Positions 16,351-30,939 of a stretch of 64,000 bases of DNA are shown here, one piece after another (the stretch's first letter is position 1; each line of letters begins with the position of its first letter). Source of the DNA: Vicugna vicugna (taxonomy: Eukaryota); the NCBI GenBank assembly GCA_013265495.1, contig MU058037.1:1303498-1367497 (forward strand), in the 5' to 3' direction. The notes beneath the pieces were generated by a model. The model did no database searches. It saw only the letters and a list, made by a program, of their open reading frames with translations, and was not told the DNA's origin. The position numbers and the translations under genes are program-made.

Positions 16351-18031
16351 TCATATAAGAAAAAGGAATTTACTACTAGTATTGCATTTTTTCAAATTAA
16401 TAATGCATGTAATCTTAAAACTTCCAACTGTAATTCAAATTGACTTAAAAAACAAGTCTCTCTGAACAGACAAAAAGTCATATATGATATATATTTATTT
16501 CATTGTAATTTTATAATAGCATATAGATTTGGTTATCAGTGAAACTATATTTTGTAAAAAGGGGCACTCTGAAATAGACATAAAACTTCAAAATTTTTAG
16601 AAACTGACATGCTGAGAAAATAATTTGAAATCAGTCACATATATGAAGAAATAGTTAATATTTCTATAAGCAACTAAATGAAAAACACTTTTATGGTTTA
16701 CTCTGAATTATTTTCAGAGAAGGACACAGTAGAAAATAGAATTCAAGTAAATTATCTAGATATTTATATTTGTTTTAGCTATTATAAAGATAGAGGTTTA
16801 TCTAAGTGTACTCCGGTTGAATGTTAAAATAAGTACATTTAAAAATGCATAATGCTCAGATTGTCCTTAAGAGAACTATTCATTCTTTAAAATGGAATTA
16901 CACTTAACAGCCTTGTAAGACTGAACAGCTACTCTAAAAAAAGCATCACCTAAATATACTGTGCTGTCACTTAGCATTAAATATGTAAGATGACTGTATA
17001 ATTCACCTTTTCTTGGCAGTTGGGATTTTGTAAAAAATTACCCAAATTATTTCACAAACATATTGTGATTAAACTGTTAAAAACAATGCTTTGTATATGT
17101 AAAACCCTAAAAGCTGAAGTGCTAAAAAAGTGGAAACAAAGATGAAAGATTAAAAAAAAAAAGTAGCCGTCCACTTAAACCACCACACGGCAAACCTGTG
17201 TAACAGTATATGCTCTGTCAAGATGAGGGTTTATTGCCAGTCTATAGACTCTTGTTCATAAGCAACTGGAAAGTAATAAGAAGTGATTAAATCTTCTCCT
17301 CTAAAACCTTTTATCTGATCCACACACCCAAAGGATAAAACACATTCCCATCAGTATGTGGGTTCATTATAGCAGGGGAAGTAAAGGGGAATCGTGATTC
17401 ACTTTCTCCTCCATCACAATTTTACAGGTTTAGGAGACTTTAAAATGCTCAGGTATCATTACAATGATACATTTGGGTAGTCAAGACAAGAACAGGGCAT
17501 GATACTTGTACCAAGTCCCAGGTCTCATCCTCCCTTATCTTCTTCCGCTTGGTTTTCTAGATAGGCTACATTTGTTAACGAACCCAGAGCTTTCAGTGTT
17601 CTTGCTGTAGCCAGCAGAGGCCATGAGTAGAAGCAGGAAAGTATTTCAGATGATGAGCCAAAGAAAGTACTAAGAAGGCAGGTAGGTAGGCTTTGAGTGC
17701 AGTGGTTATTCTGATCCAATGATGAATAGAAAGATTAGGTTTCAGGATTAGATGAAAATACTGAAGCACCATGAGGATATAACCATGCTGGCAAAGGACA
17801 AAGGATAGAAAGATCCAGATTATAGATGTGCACATAGTTAACTGGGCATATTCATCAATATATTAATCTCCTCTATAAAAGAGAAGGCACCTTAAAATAA
17901 TAATGGTAGATATGCACTGGGCAGCATCCACAGAAAGAAAAAGTATCAAATATAGCAGATTTTAGTAGTAAGTCCAACTAAATGAAAAGCTTCTTTGTAT
18001 GGAGTAGAAAGAGACAGGTAAATATCCTTAC

Positions 18032-18135
18032 CTGATAGCTGCTATTCCATGTCCAATTTCATGTACGACACCACTAATGAGGACTGCAGCAAAGAAGTAG
18101 GTCAGTTGGTTGACGGGTAAATTTATACCAGGGAC
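18032..18135 (-). CDS. MBTPS2: MBTPS2 coding exon 4 ([10 protein letters not shown]...HEIGH zinc-binding motif)
   Basis: Acceptor aacag, donor AG|GTAAGG; 104 nt; HExxH motif of M50 peptidases. Confidence 0.97.
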
Positions 18136-21100
18136 CTGTTCATAGACACAATGAATACACACTTGGGTACCAAGAGACCACGATGTTTGCTCTGTATTAA
18201 AACTTAAACTTCCAAACTGAATGTTCTGTAAACTAAAAATAATATGAATACCAATGATCCACTTCTCAATTTCCATCACAATAAAAATAAAAACACCAGT
18301 CAGTTTTTTGAATGAGGTGGTTTTTGACCTAAGCACACCAGTCTAAAGAGAACAGGAAACACCAGGTTAAAAAGTTGAAACGTTAGCTTCCTGAAGTCTT
18401 TACCATGGGAAAGAATTATGGACCCTGGCCAAGTGCCAGGGAAGGCAGAGTGACAGTGAAGGAGTCAGCAGCTGATCCACCCTCAGGGGCTGGAAGCCTG
18501 GTCTGGGAATTCTTATTACAATTCCTAGTCCTTCCTCTGAAGTGTTATTGCAAGGTTCTAAGTACTTATGCGAGTAATACAGGATGTCCCCACCCCTCTT
18601 CAATGAGTTTCATTTTAGTATTATCCAGTTGTATGAGAGCTGATAATTAAAGGCAGTGTAATAAAGTGCCTTACTAGTATGGGAGCACCATGCCCTCTAT
18701 TTCATCAGTCTGTCTAATACACTGGTCAGCAAAATGGTATCAAAGTGATATATAAATATTATATTAAAATTGAAATTTAATGCAGAAAGTAAGGCATTTG
18801 GACCATACAGACATGTTAAGGGCCAATAAAGAAGCCTTGCAGTCATGTGCTCCTGATTGTTGTGCATGTAAGTTTGCTACTGTAAGGGCTGCACAGTAAA
18901 ATATTTTTAGCTACTTAAGAATCTTCCTGTAAGGTAAATAATCATTACCAAGTTATGTCATCTGTTAAAAAGAGATTCTATAAATTAGGCTAAGTGGGGA
19001 CACCAGGCATCATTATCTACTTACTTACTGAGCATCTATTTCTCACAATCCAGGCAGTGGGACCCTAAAGGTATCCTTCTGGAGGAAAGTCCTTCTTTCT
19101 TTTATTAATTATTATTTTAAATTAATTATAAAATATGTTTAAAGTAGGGAAACTGGAAAACTCAAAGAAAAGTAGAAACCTATAATCCTGCTCCACAAAC
19201 ACAAAACAAAAAACAGTTCTCAGTGTTTTAATATATGTCCTTCTAGTCTTCTCATGTACACATAAAAATTATACTTTTATTATAAATATGGTTCTGAAAC
19301 CTGCCCCTTTCACTTAATAGTATCACAAACATTTTTCCATGAGTATTTTCTGGTTCAAAATGATTTTTACTAGCTGCATTGTATTCCACGGAATATACTG
19401 TTGGGCATTTAATTGTTTTAAAGGTTTCTATTCTTATAAATACTGTGATAAACATATTTGGATATATATACACAAATATTTGGGGGGAATAAACTTAGAC
19501 AAGTATGGTTGGTTCAGGCTCTAGAGACACATCATGTGGATTTGTTGTTTTGGCTCCATCAATAACTAGCTAAGGGATGTTGAGGAAGTTTGGATTATTC
19601 CTCCAACACTTCAATTTCCTCATCATAAAAATGGAAATAATGAAATTTACATGAAAGGGTAATTCTGAAGATTACAAGAGATAATCCTTGTCCATTGTTT
19701 AACATTATGTCTAACAGAGAGGGTAACAAATACTACCATACACAAAATTTAAAGGACTTTGATACATATCAAACTGTTCTCCAGAAGACCCTTCCATAAG
19801 CTTGGGCAAGCTCATTTTATTCAAATCTGCAATTTGAGAGGAATAGAAAGCATCATATTGTTTGATTTATAGTTCTTTGATGATTATTAAGCTGAACTTT
19901 CCCGCTACTTTTTGACCACTGATAGATCTTTTGTGAGTAGCCTATTCATGACTTGCCTATTTTTTTCTCCTAGAGTGTTCATGTTTTTCTTATTGTCTGT
20001 AAGATCATTTCAAATATCAATTATCAGTCCCCTGTGATACATGTCACAGATGTATTCTCATCATTTTGCCTTTTATTTCTAGTTTTTATATACAAAATTT
20101 TATGTAGTCAAATCTATCAATACTCATGGTTCCTACCATTAGTATTATGCATATGTCTTTCCCATTCTGTGTTTGTATAAGCAGAAACCTACTTGTTTTT
20201 CTTTTAGGGTCTTTTATGATTTCACGTTTTAATTGTAATTCAATTAGAATTTATTTTTGTGTATAACAAAGGAATTTCACTTTTAAGCCTTTTTTAGTAA
20301 CTGAAGAGGAGATCCAAACCATGCTGCTTGAATGGCTTTCTAAATTCATTAATTCCAAGTGTCCTTTCTCTAGCTATGGAACTAGTTTTCAAAGTCATTA
20401 TTTTTAATGTATGCATACTATTTCATTCACTGAGAATCCCCTAATTTAACCATTTCTCCAATTATATATTGTGGTTGTTTCCAATTCTTCATAATAATAA
20501 AAATTAGGATAGAGTTGATGAATACTATTTTTTCTATATTTGGAAGTGTTCCCTTAAGCTAGAGTCCCAGATATGGAAGTAAATGGTCAAAGGCTATGGA
20601 CATTTTTATGATGCTCATTATGTGAAATTCTCTTTACCCAAACCCTACTAAGCAGTTCTTTTCAAGAACATCACTGTACCTTTTTCTACATATCTGCTCC
20701 ATTCCCATGTTGTCAGTCACCCGTCTATTTAAATCTGTAGTTTCCTTTTCTCTGACCTCTCTCTAAACTTAAGATTAATTCTCACAAATTCCCTCTATAT
20801 TACAAAGTATCCAGGTTACCTTACCTTTATTTCAAATAAATCAGTAGGCTTGATCCAATAGGATACTGATTCCTTCTCTTTATTATTTCAATGGATGTAA
20901 TAATGAGATAAGGTAAGGATGTGAGTGTGTGACTATACCAACAGATGGTAGGTCTTATTTGCTGGCAACCATACTCAACTGCCCATCTGTTTTGGCCATG
21001 ATCACACAGGGTATTAGATGTACCAGAATACTGATCTCTCAATAACACAGAGTGCCAGGTTTTTGAGAATTAATACTGAATGAAGCTGTAGGGAATTATA

Positions 21101-21309
21101 GAGTAAACAGAAAGTATGTTCTCCAAGCTGCAAGACCTCATGTCAGGAGATAAAATAAACTTATACAAAAATATGCAGGGCAGACTACAGAGGGCAGCTG
21201 ACTTCTTAATGGTTCCAAAGCTTGGCTCTCCTAACAGAGTCAATATTTTTGTGAGCTCTATGAGTAAGCTGAAAAGCAAACAGAAGAAATAATTTATTCT
21301 CTAAACAAC

Positions 21310-22490
21310 ACTTTGCCATTCAGGCAACGATTTTTTTTTTTAGATATAACACCAAAAAGCACAAAAAACAAAAGCAGCAAAAAATCAAAAAATGGGACTA
21401 CATCAAACTCAAAAGCTTCTACACAGCAAAAGAAACAATCAATAGCAGCCTACAGAATGGGAGAAAATTTCTGCAAACCATATACTGGATAAGGGGTGAA
21501 TATCCAAAATATATAAAGAACCAACACAACTTAATAATAAACAAATAAAACTCCCAAACAATCTGATTAAAAAATGGCCAGAAGAACTAAATAGACATTT
21601 TTCCAAAGGGGACATCAAAATGGCCAAAAGGCATGGGAAAAGGTGCTCAACATCACTAATCATCATGGAAATGTCAATCAAAACCACAATGAGACACCAC
21701 CTCACACCTGTTAAAATGGCTATTGTCAAAAACAAAAGAGACAGCACAGGTAGTGGCGAGGATATGGTGGAAAGGGAGCCCTTATACACTGTTGGTGGGA
21801 ATATAAATTAGTTCAACCACTATAGAAAGCAATATGAAGGTTCCTGAAAAAATTAAAAATAGATCTAACATATGATTCATCAATTCCACTTCTGGGTATA
21901 TAACCAAAGGAAATGAAAACAGGATTTTGACAAGATATATGCACATCCATGCTTATCACAGCATTATTCACGATAGCCAAGATTATGGAAACAATCCAAA
22001 TGCCCACTAAAAGATGAATGGATAAAAACAATGTGGCACATACATATATACAATGGAATATTATTCAGCCATGAGAAAGGAAGATATCCTGCCATTGGCA
22101 ACAACATGGATAGACCTTAAACACATTATGCAAAGTGAAATAAGTCAGAGAAAGACAAGTACTGTATGATATCATTTATATGTAGAATCTAAAAAAGTCA
22201 AACCTGTTGTTGAAAAGCAGTAAAATGGTGGTTACCAGGAGATGGGGGGTTAAGAGTGACAATGTTTAAGGGTACAAAGTTGAAATGAGTAGTAGATAAG
22301 CCATAGAGATCTAATGCACAGTATAATGTGTATAGTAAAAAATACTGTACTATTATGACATAATTTGGTAACTATTGCTCCAGGGGCAATCATATTACAA
22401 TATATAAATGTAACAAAGTAACACGCTGTACATCTTAAATTTACAAATTCTAACGTCAAGTTTATCAAATAAAAAATTAATTAAAAAACC
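21310..22490 (+). mobile_element. L1 ORF2 3' end and 3'UTR fragment
   Basis: [31 protein letters not shown] is the L1 ORF2 C-terminal motif; A-rich end. Confidence 0.88.
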
Positions 22491-23771
22491 TTGTTACACT
22501 TAAAAAGAAAAACTACTTGCCCCTGCCCCCAATTTTGCCATTCTAATCCTAGCAGGCAGACAGGCCAGTGATATTTCCTGCAAGCCTGCTTCTTTTTCTA
22601 CTGTCCTCTTTCTTGGCAAACAATAACCAATCATGCAGCCTGAGAGTCACCCTAAATTCTTCCTTCTCTCTCCAGCATCACATTCAATTAATCACTGAGG
22701 TCTGAGAACTCTACTCTAAAAGATCCGCTAAATCTAGCCCCTTCTTCTTACCGCTAATTTAGTTTAGATCTTTATTGCTTCTAACATGAATTATTCCAAA
22801 TGCCCTCTTAAATGGTCTCCCCATCTTCAGTGAAACCCTACTCCAGTCCATTTTGAACAGACACGTTATCTACAGAAAAAAATCAAAACTTCTTAAAATG
22901 GCCCTTCATAACCCAGACCCTACCTATATCTCCAATCTTATCTCCTACACTGTATACCTTTACCATTCACCTCTTAGACACAGGTCAAAGTTACTTGAGA
23001 ATTCCTTGAGGAATTATTAGTCTTTCTTAAGAAAGTAGAGCATAATGTGCATAGGTTCTGAGGTCAGTGGTGGGTGAGTGATGGACCCACCATTTACTAG
23101 AAGTGACTGCAGGCAAGTGACTTAACATCTCTGTGCCTTGGTTTTCTCATCTGTGAATCAGGGATAATAATAATACTTACCTCCAGATTGCTATAAGAAT
23201 AAAATAGGTACAAAAAACCTTCACATGGGAAACAGTGTATATTAACTAGATTTTATTATTAGTATTATTATTCTCTCTGCCTTTCCATGTTATATGCGCC
23301 CTCTGTTACTGGCATGCTCAACAGCCATCTTCCTTTCCCAGGGTATGTGGACTCTCTTCACCCTTCCCTTCTTCTCTACTCTCATCCCAGTGCCAGGCAC
23401 ACTTCAGCATGCCTTCTCTTTGTTTCTGCAACTTTGTACTCTGTCCAACTGTAGCACAATCATAGCAGCTCTCCCTCTAGACTGAAAGCTCTATGAATGC
23501 TAGGATTGGATACTGTTTCCCAAATATGCAAGACTCAGCACAAGGCCAGTAGGCAGAATACACTCCATAAATGACTGCTGAAGAAATAAATCATCTCTTC
23601 TGAGGCCTTACCCACCTGAATCCTTTTAACCTCTAAGAAAGAGCTATTACTATAGGAGAGATCCTCTATTTTTCTCTACAAATGACTTGTAATTTTCCCA
23701 TAGTGATCCAGTTAGTAGAGGCCACAAAGAGATGAGCTAAAAAAACCAAAAAACAAAAAACTCTCACCCTT

Positions 23772-24250
23772 GAGTAAACATTTTTCCAAAAAGACATACA
23801 GATGGCTAACAGGCACATGAAAAGATGTTCAGTATTGCTAACTATTAGAGAAATGCAAATCAAAATCACAATGAGGTATCACATCACACCAGTCAGAATG
23901 GCCATCATTAAAATGTCTACAAATAAGAAATGCTGGAGAGGATGTGGAGAAAAGGGAATCCTGGTACACTGTTGGTGGGAATGTAAACTGTTGCAGCCAC
24001 TAGGGAAAACAGTATGGAGGTTCCTTAAAAAACTAAAAATAGAACTACCAGTGATCCAGCAATTCCACTCCTGGGTATATAGCCAAAAAAACTAATTCGA
24101 AAAGATACATGCACCCCAGTGTTTATAGCAGGACTATTTACAATAGCCAAGACATGGATACAACCTAAGTGTTTATCAACAGACGACTGGAAAAAAAAAA
24201 CAAACAGATGATTGGATTAAGAAAATGTGATGTATACATGCATGCGCGCG

Positions 24251-24293
<43 letters not shown>

Positions 24294-24730
24294 GAACATT
24301 ACTGAGCCATAAAAAAGAATGAAATACTACTATCTGCAGCAACATGGATGAACCTAGAGAGTATTATGCTTAGTGAAATAAGTCAGACAGAGAAAGACAA
24401 AACATTGTATGATATCACTTATATGTAGAATCTAAAAAATAATACAAATGAATGTATATGCAAAGCAGAAACAGACTCAGACACAGAAACTTGTGGTTAC
24501 TAAAGGGTAAAAGGAAGGGGGGAGGGACAAATTAGGGGTATTAACAGATATAAACTACTACATATAAAGTAGATAATCAACAAGGATACACTGTATAGCA
24601 TAAGGAATTATACTCATTATCTTGTAATAACTTACAATGGAATATAATCTACAAAAATACTGAATCACTAGGCTGTATACCTGAAACTAACACAATACTG
24701 TAAATCAACTATACTTCAATTTAAAAGAAA
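23772..24730 (+). mobile_element. L1 3' fragment
   Basis: [37 protein letters not shown] (L1 ORF2 end); 3' end tgtaaatcaactatacttcaat. Confidence 0.9.
24231..24290. repeat. Compound (CG)n(CA)n microsatellite
   Basis: tgtatacatgcatgcgcgcgcgcgcgcgcacacaca... Confidence 0.92.
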
Positions 24731-25396
24731 ATCTGTCACTAACTCAAACAGTCCATTCCATTAATAAGAACATGATTAAAAACAATGTCCATGACTCATG
24801 GAAATGGAAACTATTAATGTAAAAATTTAAAATAAGTTAGTGAGTGATAAAGCACCCCTTCAAACTCTGGAGACATGAATTGATACGGTATAGGTCTACA
24901 AATTGTACTTAAAGCAGGAATTAGTATAAATAGCTTACAGTCAAAGTAGTACAACTCAGCACATTATTCTTCACATCAAGAAATGACAGTGACCATTCAA
25001 AACGTCTTTTACCTTTAATTGAAAGGGTATTATTGGTTAGAGTCTGAAAGCCATGAAGAGAAAAGGGGAACACTTTGCATAGGGTTAAGATGCAATTTAT
25101 TTATACATCATAGATATCTTAAATCGGCATGCTTATTCCTTCACAGTAACAATCATTTAACACCTCAAGAAGACAACATGAATTAAATCAAATACCTGGA
25201 GCGGTCCATTTGTTCTATTACTACTTCTACTACTACTACTATATATTGTAACAATTCTTTGCTATATTCTTACTAATGATTTTGTTTAAAAAAGTAATTT
25301 GAGAAATTGTGTGGCTTTTAATTTACTTTCATATTTATATTATGGATAGGAGTTAACGCTATCCAGAGGAAATAGATGTTTCAACAAAGCTACTTA

Positions 25397-25657
<261 letters not shown>

Positions 25658-25928
25658 TTACATAAATGTACAATTCCTCACAATCCATGGACTAACAAAT
25701 TTATCAACCAGCCACGTTTCATAGCTTCAAAACAGTGTCCAAATATTTCAATAACTCTGCTTCTTTGTCCTACCTGTACTTCAGATACTTGACTGAAGCA
25801 CGGACACCAGTCTCTCTAAGCAGTTCTTAAATTCTGGAGATTGCAATTCTCTCAAAACTCAACAGGCTGAAGATTGTTCCCAATAAAAAGTTTGTTTCCT
25901 CTCATATTTTTTGCTCACTTACATAGCA

Positions 25929-26969
25929 TTTTTTTTGTTTGTTTTTGTTTTTTGAGAAGTTGAGTATTTTATTAAACTGTTTCTTATTTTCCTGCAAGGC
26001 TGTTGCTTCACTGTATAAAAACAGCACCAGCAAACACAGTATATTGCAAAATTAAGATAGTATTGTTTGTTCTTCATCTGACACGGTATAACTAACAAAA
26101 ACTTTTCTCAGTTAAGTATTTTCACCCAAATCCAGGGATGGATGTAAGCAAGTTACAATATTATATAAGGCTTAAGATGACAATGTTACCCTTGAATTAC
26201 ATACTTTTTATAACTGTAACTAATTTTACCACAGATAATTTCAGGAATTCTGAATGTTGTAACTGGAGCCTACCCTAAAAATCATAGGGTGCTGTGAAAA
26301 AGATGCATAGTATTTATCTGATGCCATTAGTTAAGGGGTATTTTTCTTCTGGTAACATTGTTGCAAGTAGTTTCTTTTACTAAAACCTGCTTTTTAAAAA
26401 TCTGTCCACCACTTATTTAAGACAACTATGCTAGATTAAGTTGTTTCAAACTAGTTTATTTAAGGGTTCCATTTTCACTCTTCAGTAGATTTTATGCATT
26501 GCTTATACTCTTCTTCACTCATTAGTTCATCTAGTTCTGAAGGATTACTGAGTGTCATCTTGATCAGCCAACCATCTTCAAAACAAGATTTGTTAACAAG
26601 TCCTGGATTTTCTGCTAGAGCTTCATTGATTCCAGTAACTTCTCCTGATAGAGAATAGAGTTCATTAGCAGCTTTCACACTTTCCAAAGCACCAAACTCC
26701 TCTTGTCTGTTCAATTTTGTCCCAACTTCAGGCAGACTACAGTAAACATCACCTCCCAACGCTTCCTGTGCAAAATTACTGATTCCCACTGTTGCAACAC
26801 CGTTTTCTGTCGTTATCCATTCATGTTTGTTAATTTACGCACGGAGAGCAGAGCCAGGCCGGCGCGCCCGCAGCCCGCAGGGCGCGGCGGGCGCAGAGAC
26901 GGCGCGCAGGCTGCAGACCGCGGCCCGCACGCTCCCTGTGGCTAGCAGCGCCGTGTCCGCAGGGGTGCC
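25929..26969 (-). pseudogene. GCSH: Processed pseudogene of GCSH (glycine cleavage H protein) in MBTPS2 intron 2
   Basis: Intronless [11 protein letters not shown]...ESVKAA...[23 protein letters not shown]; start codon reads ACG (26954); deletions in the transit peptide and a frameshift near 26825; AATAAA at 25973-25968 then a poly(A) tract; TSD-like TACA[T/C]AGCATT at 25920 and 26970. Confidence 0.93.
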
Positions 26970-28300
26970 TACACAGCATTGTTTTGATCTTATTCTCATG
27001 TAGTTATGAAAGCTCTTTTGACATCAGAGACATCCATTCTTCTTCATCTACCAATTCAATTATTTGCATTTTATTTTAGCTAAATTATGTAATAAGCTTA
27101 AATATTAATATGGTAAGACTTCATAGTTTCTTCTACTGTTTTAATAATTAGAAGTTACCCTTCTATAGTTGGGAATAATCTATTATATTTTCTAACTTTT
27201 TGATAAGTTATGCTTTTCAAGAAACTTGTCCATTTCATCTAAATTGTCGAATTTATAATAGGCACAGCACTGTTCACTGTAGGTTCATATTTTTAAAAAT
27301 GAGTCCACAGAATCTAATGTTCTTTTTTCTCAATTCTGATTTTTAGTAATTTTGTCTTCTTTTTTCCTTGATCAGTCACGGTAAGGGTTTATCAATTTTA
27401 TTAATCTTTTCAAAGACCAACTTTTGGCTTTGCTGATTTTCTTTACCGTATACTTTCTATTTCACTGATTTCTGTTCTTATCTTTATTATTTCTCTCTAG
27501 TTTGTTTGCTTTATTGTTACATTTTCTGCTTTTAATGGTCTATTTGTTTACATCTAGCTCTACTGCACTTGAAGCTCAATTTTTAACAAAAAGTTATTTA
27601 GACAAAGGCCTCCTACTCCCTTACTAGAAATTCTGTCAACTACAGAACCTATCAGTCTCTAGGGTGTGCCAGAGATCACTGTAAATCCCCAACCATAAAC
27701 ACCATAAACTATGATTTAAAAATTTTTTTAAACTAAAGGGATATGTCTGACATGGCCAGGGGGCTCCAGGACCCTGCTGCTGCAATCTCGCTGGCCACTT
27801 TCCCTCATACACCTACTGAATATTATTAAATATTTTTAATATCCTTCCCCTGGAGGAGTATTACAGAAGTATAGGGGAAAGCCTAAAGACTTCTGGGAGT
27901 CCTATGACTCCCAGGGCCCTTGTTTCTATGTGTGATGATGGGGGGGAGAACTTTCCAGGATTATTTTCCTGGTGGAAAATGCTCCACATGTTTTTTGCTT
28001 TTCTATTGGTGTATAACTTACACAGGAAAATGCACGAGTCTTAAGTGTATAGTGCACTGAATTTTTACATATGTGCACCCATGCATGTATCCACCACCCA
28101 GAACAAGACACAGCCCTGATTTTGAATATATGCAAAAGCACAATGAAGCAATCCCATAAATTTATATAAAGTCAGAAAGTTTTTATATTGCCAACATTTG
28201 AAAACTCAGTAAATTGAAAATGATGGAAATAGTTCACTTAAGAAGCATTTCTCATGATCACAATGACTAATCTAAACCAAAAAGAGAAAACAAAGAATAC

Positions 28301-28449
28301 CACTGGTAAAGCATCCTCGCTTTCCGCCGTCCCCAACTGTAAAAGGCACGATTGAAAATAGCAGTCTGCCATCTTATGTGAAAAGGGGAGATGCTCAATC
28401 CGTTGTTTTCCAGCCAGTCTTCATAAGAATGCTTAAAATACACAGATGA
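28301..28449 (-). CDS. MBTPS2: MBTPS2 coding exon 2 ([17 protein letters not shown]...RMLYQW)
   Basis: Acceptor ttctctcttag, donor TG|GTATTC; 149 nt; phase-compatible with neighbouring exons. Confidence 0.96.
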
Positions 28450-28702
28450 CTAAGAGAGAAAGAAAAGTTCCCCATCACTCAATTTTGAAGAACAATTTAT
28501 AATGATTAAGAAAAGAAAAAAAGAAGTATTTTCTACAGGAAAGCAAGATAGTGACTGACCAAATGCTTATAATTTTAAAGCTTTATGTTTATTCTTCAGG
28601 ATATTAAACTAAGTGTCTTGGACTAGCTGGTCTGCTGAGGTTAGGGTTTGGCAAACTATGGCCCCTGGACCACAAAAAAGTTTGCTGACCTTTTGCTTAG
28701 AA

Positions 28703-29025
28703 CAGCATTGTCCAATAGAAATATAATGTGAGCTACAAATGTAAGCCACATATGTAATTTTAAAATTTCTAATAGCTGAGGTTAAAAAAGCAAACAAAAA
28801 GAGATTAACTTAAATACATTTTAAACTCAAATGATCCAAGATAGTCATTCAACATGTAATAAATATAATTATTGAAATACTTTACAATCTGTTCATTTAC
28901 TTACGCAGAGTCTCTGAAATTCAGTGTCAGCTTTACCCTTATAGCACATCACAATTCAGACTAGCCCTGTCTCAAATGCTAAATGGCCACATGTGCTAGT
29001 GGCTACCATAGTGGACAGCACAGGT
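28703..29025. mobile_element. hAT-Charlie MER33/MER3-like element
   Basis: Ends agcattgtccaatagaa ... gtggctaccatagtggacagcac. Confidence 0.7.
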
Positions 29026-30615
29026 CTAGAAGGCTTGTTACCATAGATCTTGTGCTGTAATTTAAAAAGATCCCCAGCCAGTCCAAGAGAGGGAATGGGT
29101 TAGTTGGAATCAGGGCTTTCTATACTCTTCTAAGCAACAACCCTAAGAAATTTGGCTGAATTTGATCATGTAAAAGTACAAAACTTATCTAACCCCATCC
29201 TGGTCTCAGTAATTTCTTACATTCTTCAGGGTTGTGGGGGATAGCTGCTTATACACAGCCTAACAAGAGTTTTATCTTTAGGGAAGTTTGAAGTCTTTGA
29301 GTAATGTAGGATTTTGGATAACGCAAGCCTGTTATATATCTTTACTGCCGCCGACCTCTTTTACCTCAGTTTCAGCACAGTAAGTATTTTGTTATACAGA
29401 TGTTCATCTATGAGAAAATTTTGTCTTTAGGATATTTCAGCCCTATCAGTCATAAAAAATGACCTGAGTCTGAATATAGGTATCTGTTTGCCTTTAGATC
29501 TGTAATGTTCTCTGCTCTCAGTCTTCAAGTAAAGCTTTTAAAACCTGTTTGTTTTCCAGAACTTGGAAAGTGACACACCTCTTACTGAGGAAATCCTAGA
29601 CAAACTAAGGGTGGAAGAGCAGACCATGATGGATGCAGAGAAGGTGCAGGCTCCTAAAAAATCTCGGGGTCTCTCCATTCCCAGGCAGATACTCTGAATG
29701 AGAGTTAGGTCTTTTGTTTAAGGAATAATGCTCTCCTAAGGAGCTAGGGGCTGTATGGAAATTTAAGTGACATCCTGATGGAAATAGTTCACTTAACAAG
29801 CATTTCTCATGATTACAATAACTAATGTAAACCAAAAAGCCTGATCACTTCACACACCGGACCAGAGACTATGAAGGTTTGAAAAATGTGGTTTATTTTG
29901 GATTTCTGTCACATATGCAACATGAAGAAATCATATGGCTTTGTTTCTTCTAAACAATAAAATCACTGTTTAAATAAGCAATGGCCTGTACTGCTTATGA
30001 CATGCTAAGCACCATGCCAAGTATGTGCAGAGGAAGCAGCTGAGGATTTTATGAGGATGCAGATTCTGATTCTGCAGGTCAGGAATGAGGCCTGAAATTC
30101 TACGTTTCTGACAAGCTCCCAGATGATGTAAGTACTGCTGGTCTTTGAATCTCAGGTTAAGTAGCAAGGCTCTATATGGATGAATGAGTGTAATCCTCTC
30201 TATCATCTCAGGAGATTACCCCTATTTTAAAGAAGAAAAAATGGAGGCACAGAGAGTAATTTGCCCAAGGACACAAGAAAGTGTTCCTTAGGAAGTGGCA
30301 GAGGCCAGTTCTTGCTCTACGGACTCTACTGTATACTCTCCTCACTTTGCAAGTTTAAATGCAATAAAGCACCATAAGTATCCTTTCATTTTACTGTTAA
30401 ACCTAAAACAATACTAAACTACAGTATTCTATTTAAAACAGTATTCATAACATAAGGGTTTTGCTATTCATAACTAATTTTTATTAAACATTTAAGAACT
30501 TATATGATTTTATTCCACACATACAATATTCCCACCACCAATATTTAATTCCAAAAGACTGCTTGAAGCATGCGGTCAGACAATTGTTCGTATTTGCTAC
30601 CCTTCCCAAATAACG

Positions 30616-30640
30616 TGTGTGTGTGTGTGTGTGTGTGTGT
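30616..30640. repeat. (GT)n microsatellite in intron 1
   Basis: About 12 GT units. Confidence 0.9.
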
Positions 30641-30939
30641 CGGGGAGAGGTGGGGGACTAAGGGGGATTGGTGTGAAGAAGCAGGGTTCAGAGTGCAAAA
30701 TAGAATACGAGTAGTCAGAAACTAGCTACCTAAATCCTCGCTACTTGAGTATGCTACTTTGAAGTACGGTGTGTAGACTAGCACCACTGGTAGCACTAGG
30801 GAACTGGTTAGAAATGTAGAAGTTTAGGCCCCACCCCAAGCCGGCAGAATCAGAATGTGCATTTTAACCGGAATCCCAGATGGTCGTACGCACTTTAAAG
30901 TTCGAGACCACTGATCTAAATCACAGCTTGATTTAGATT

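Noticed and set aside
26475..26789. 104-aa GCSH-like ORF as a functional gene
   Set aside because: It starts at an internal GTG, the true start is mutated, and there is an upstream frameshift and deletions; this is a processed pseudogene
29765..29850. C/D-box snoRNA-like arrangement (TGATG…CTGA with terminal stem)
   Set aside because: The C box is non-consensus, the arrangement is antisense to the host gene, and the second copy lacks the D box; better explained as a local duplication
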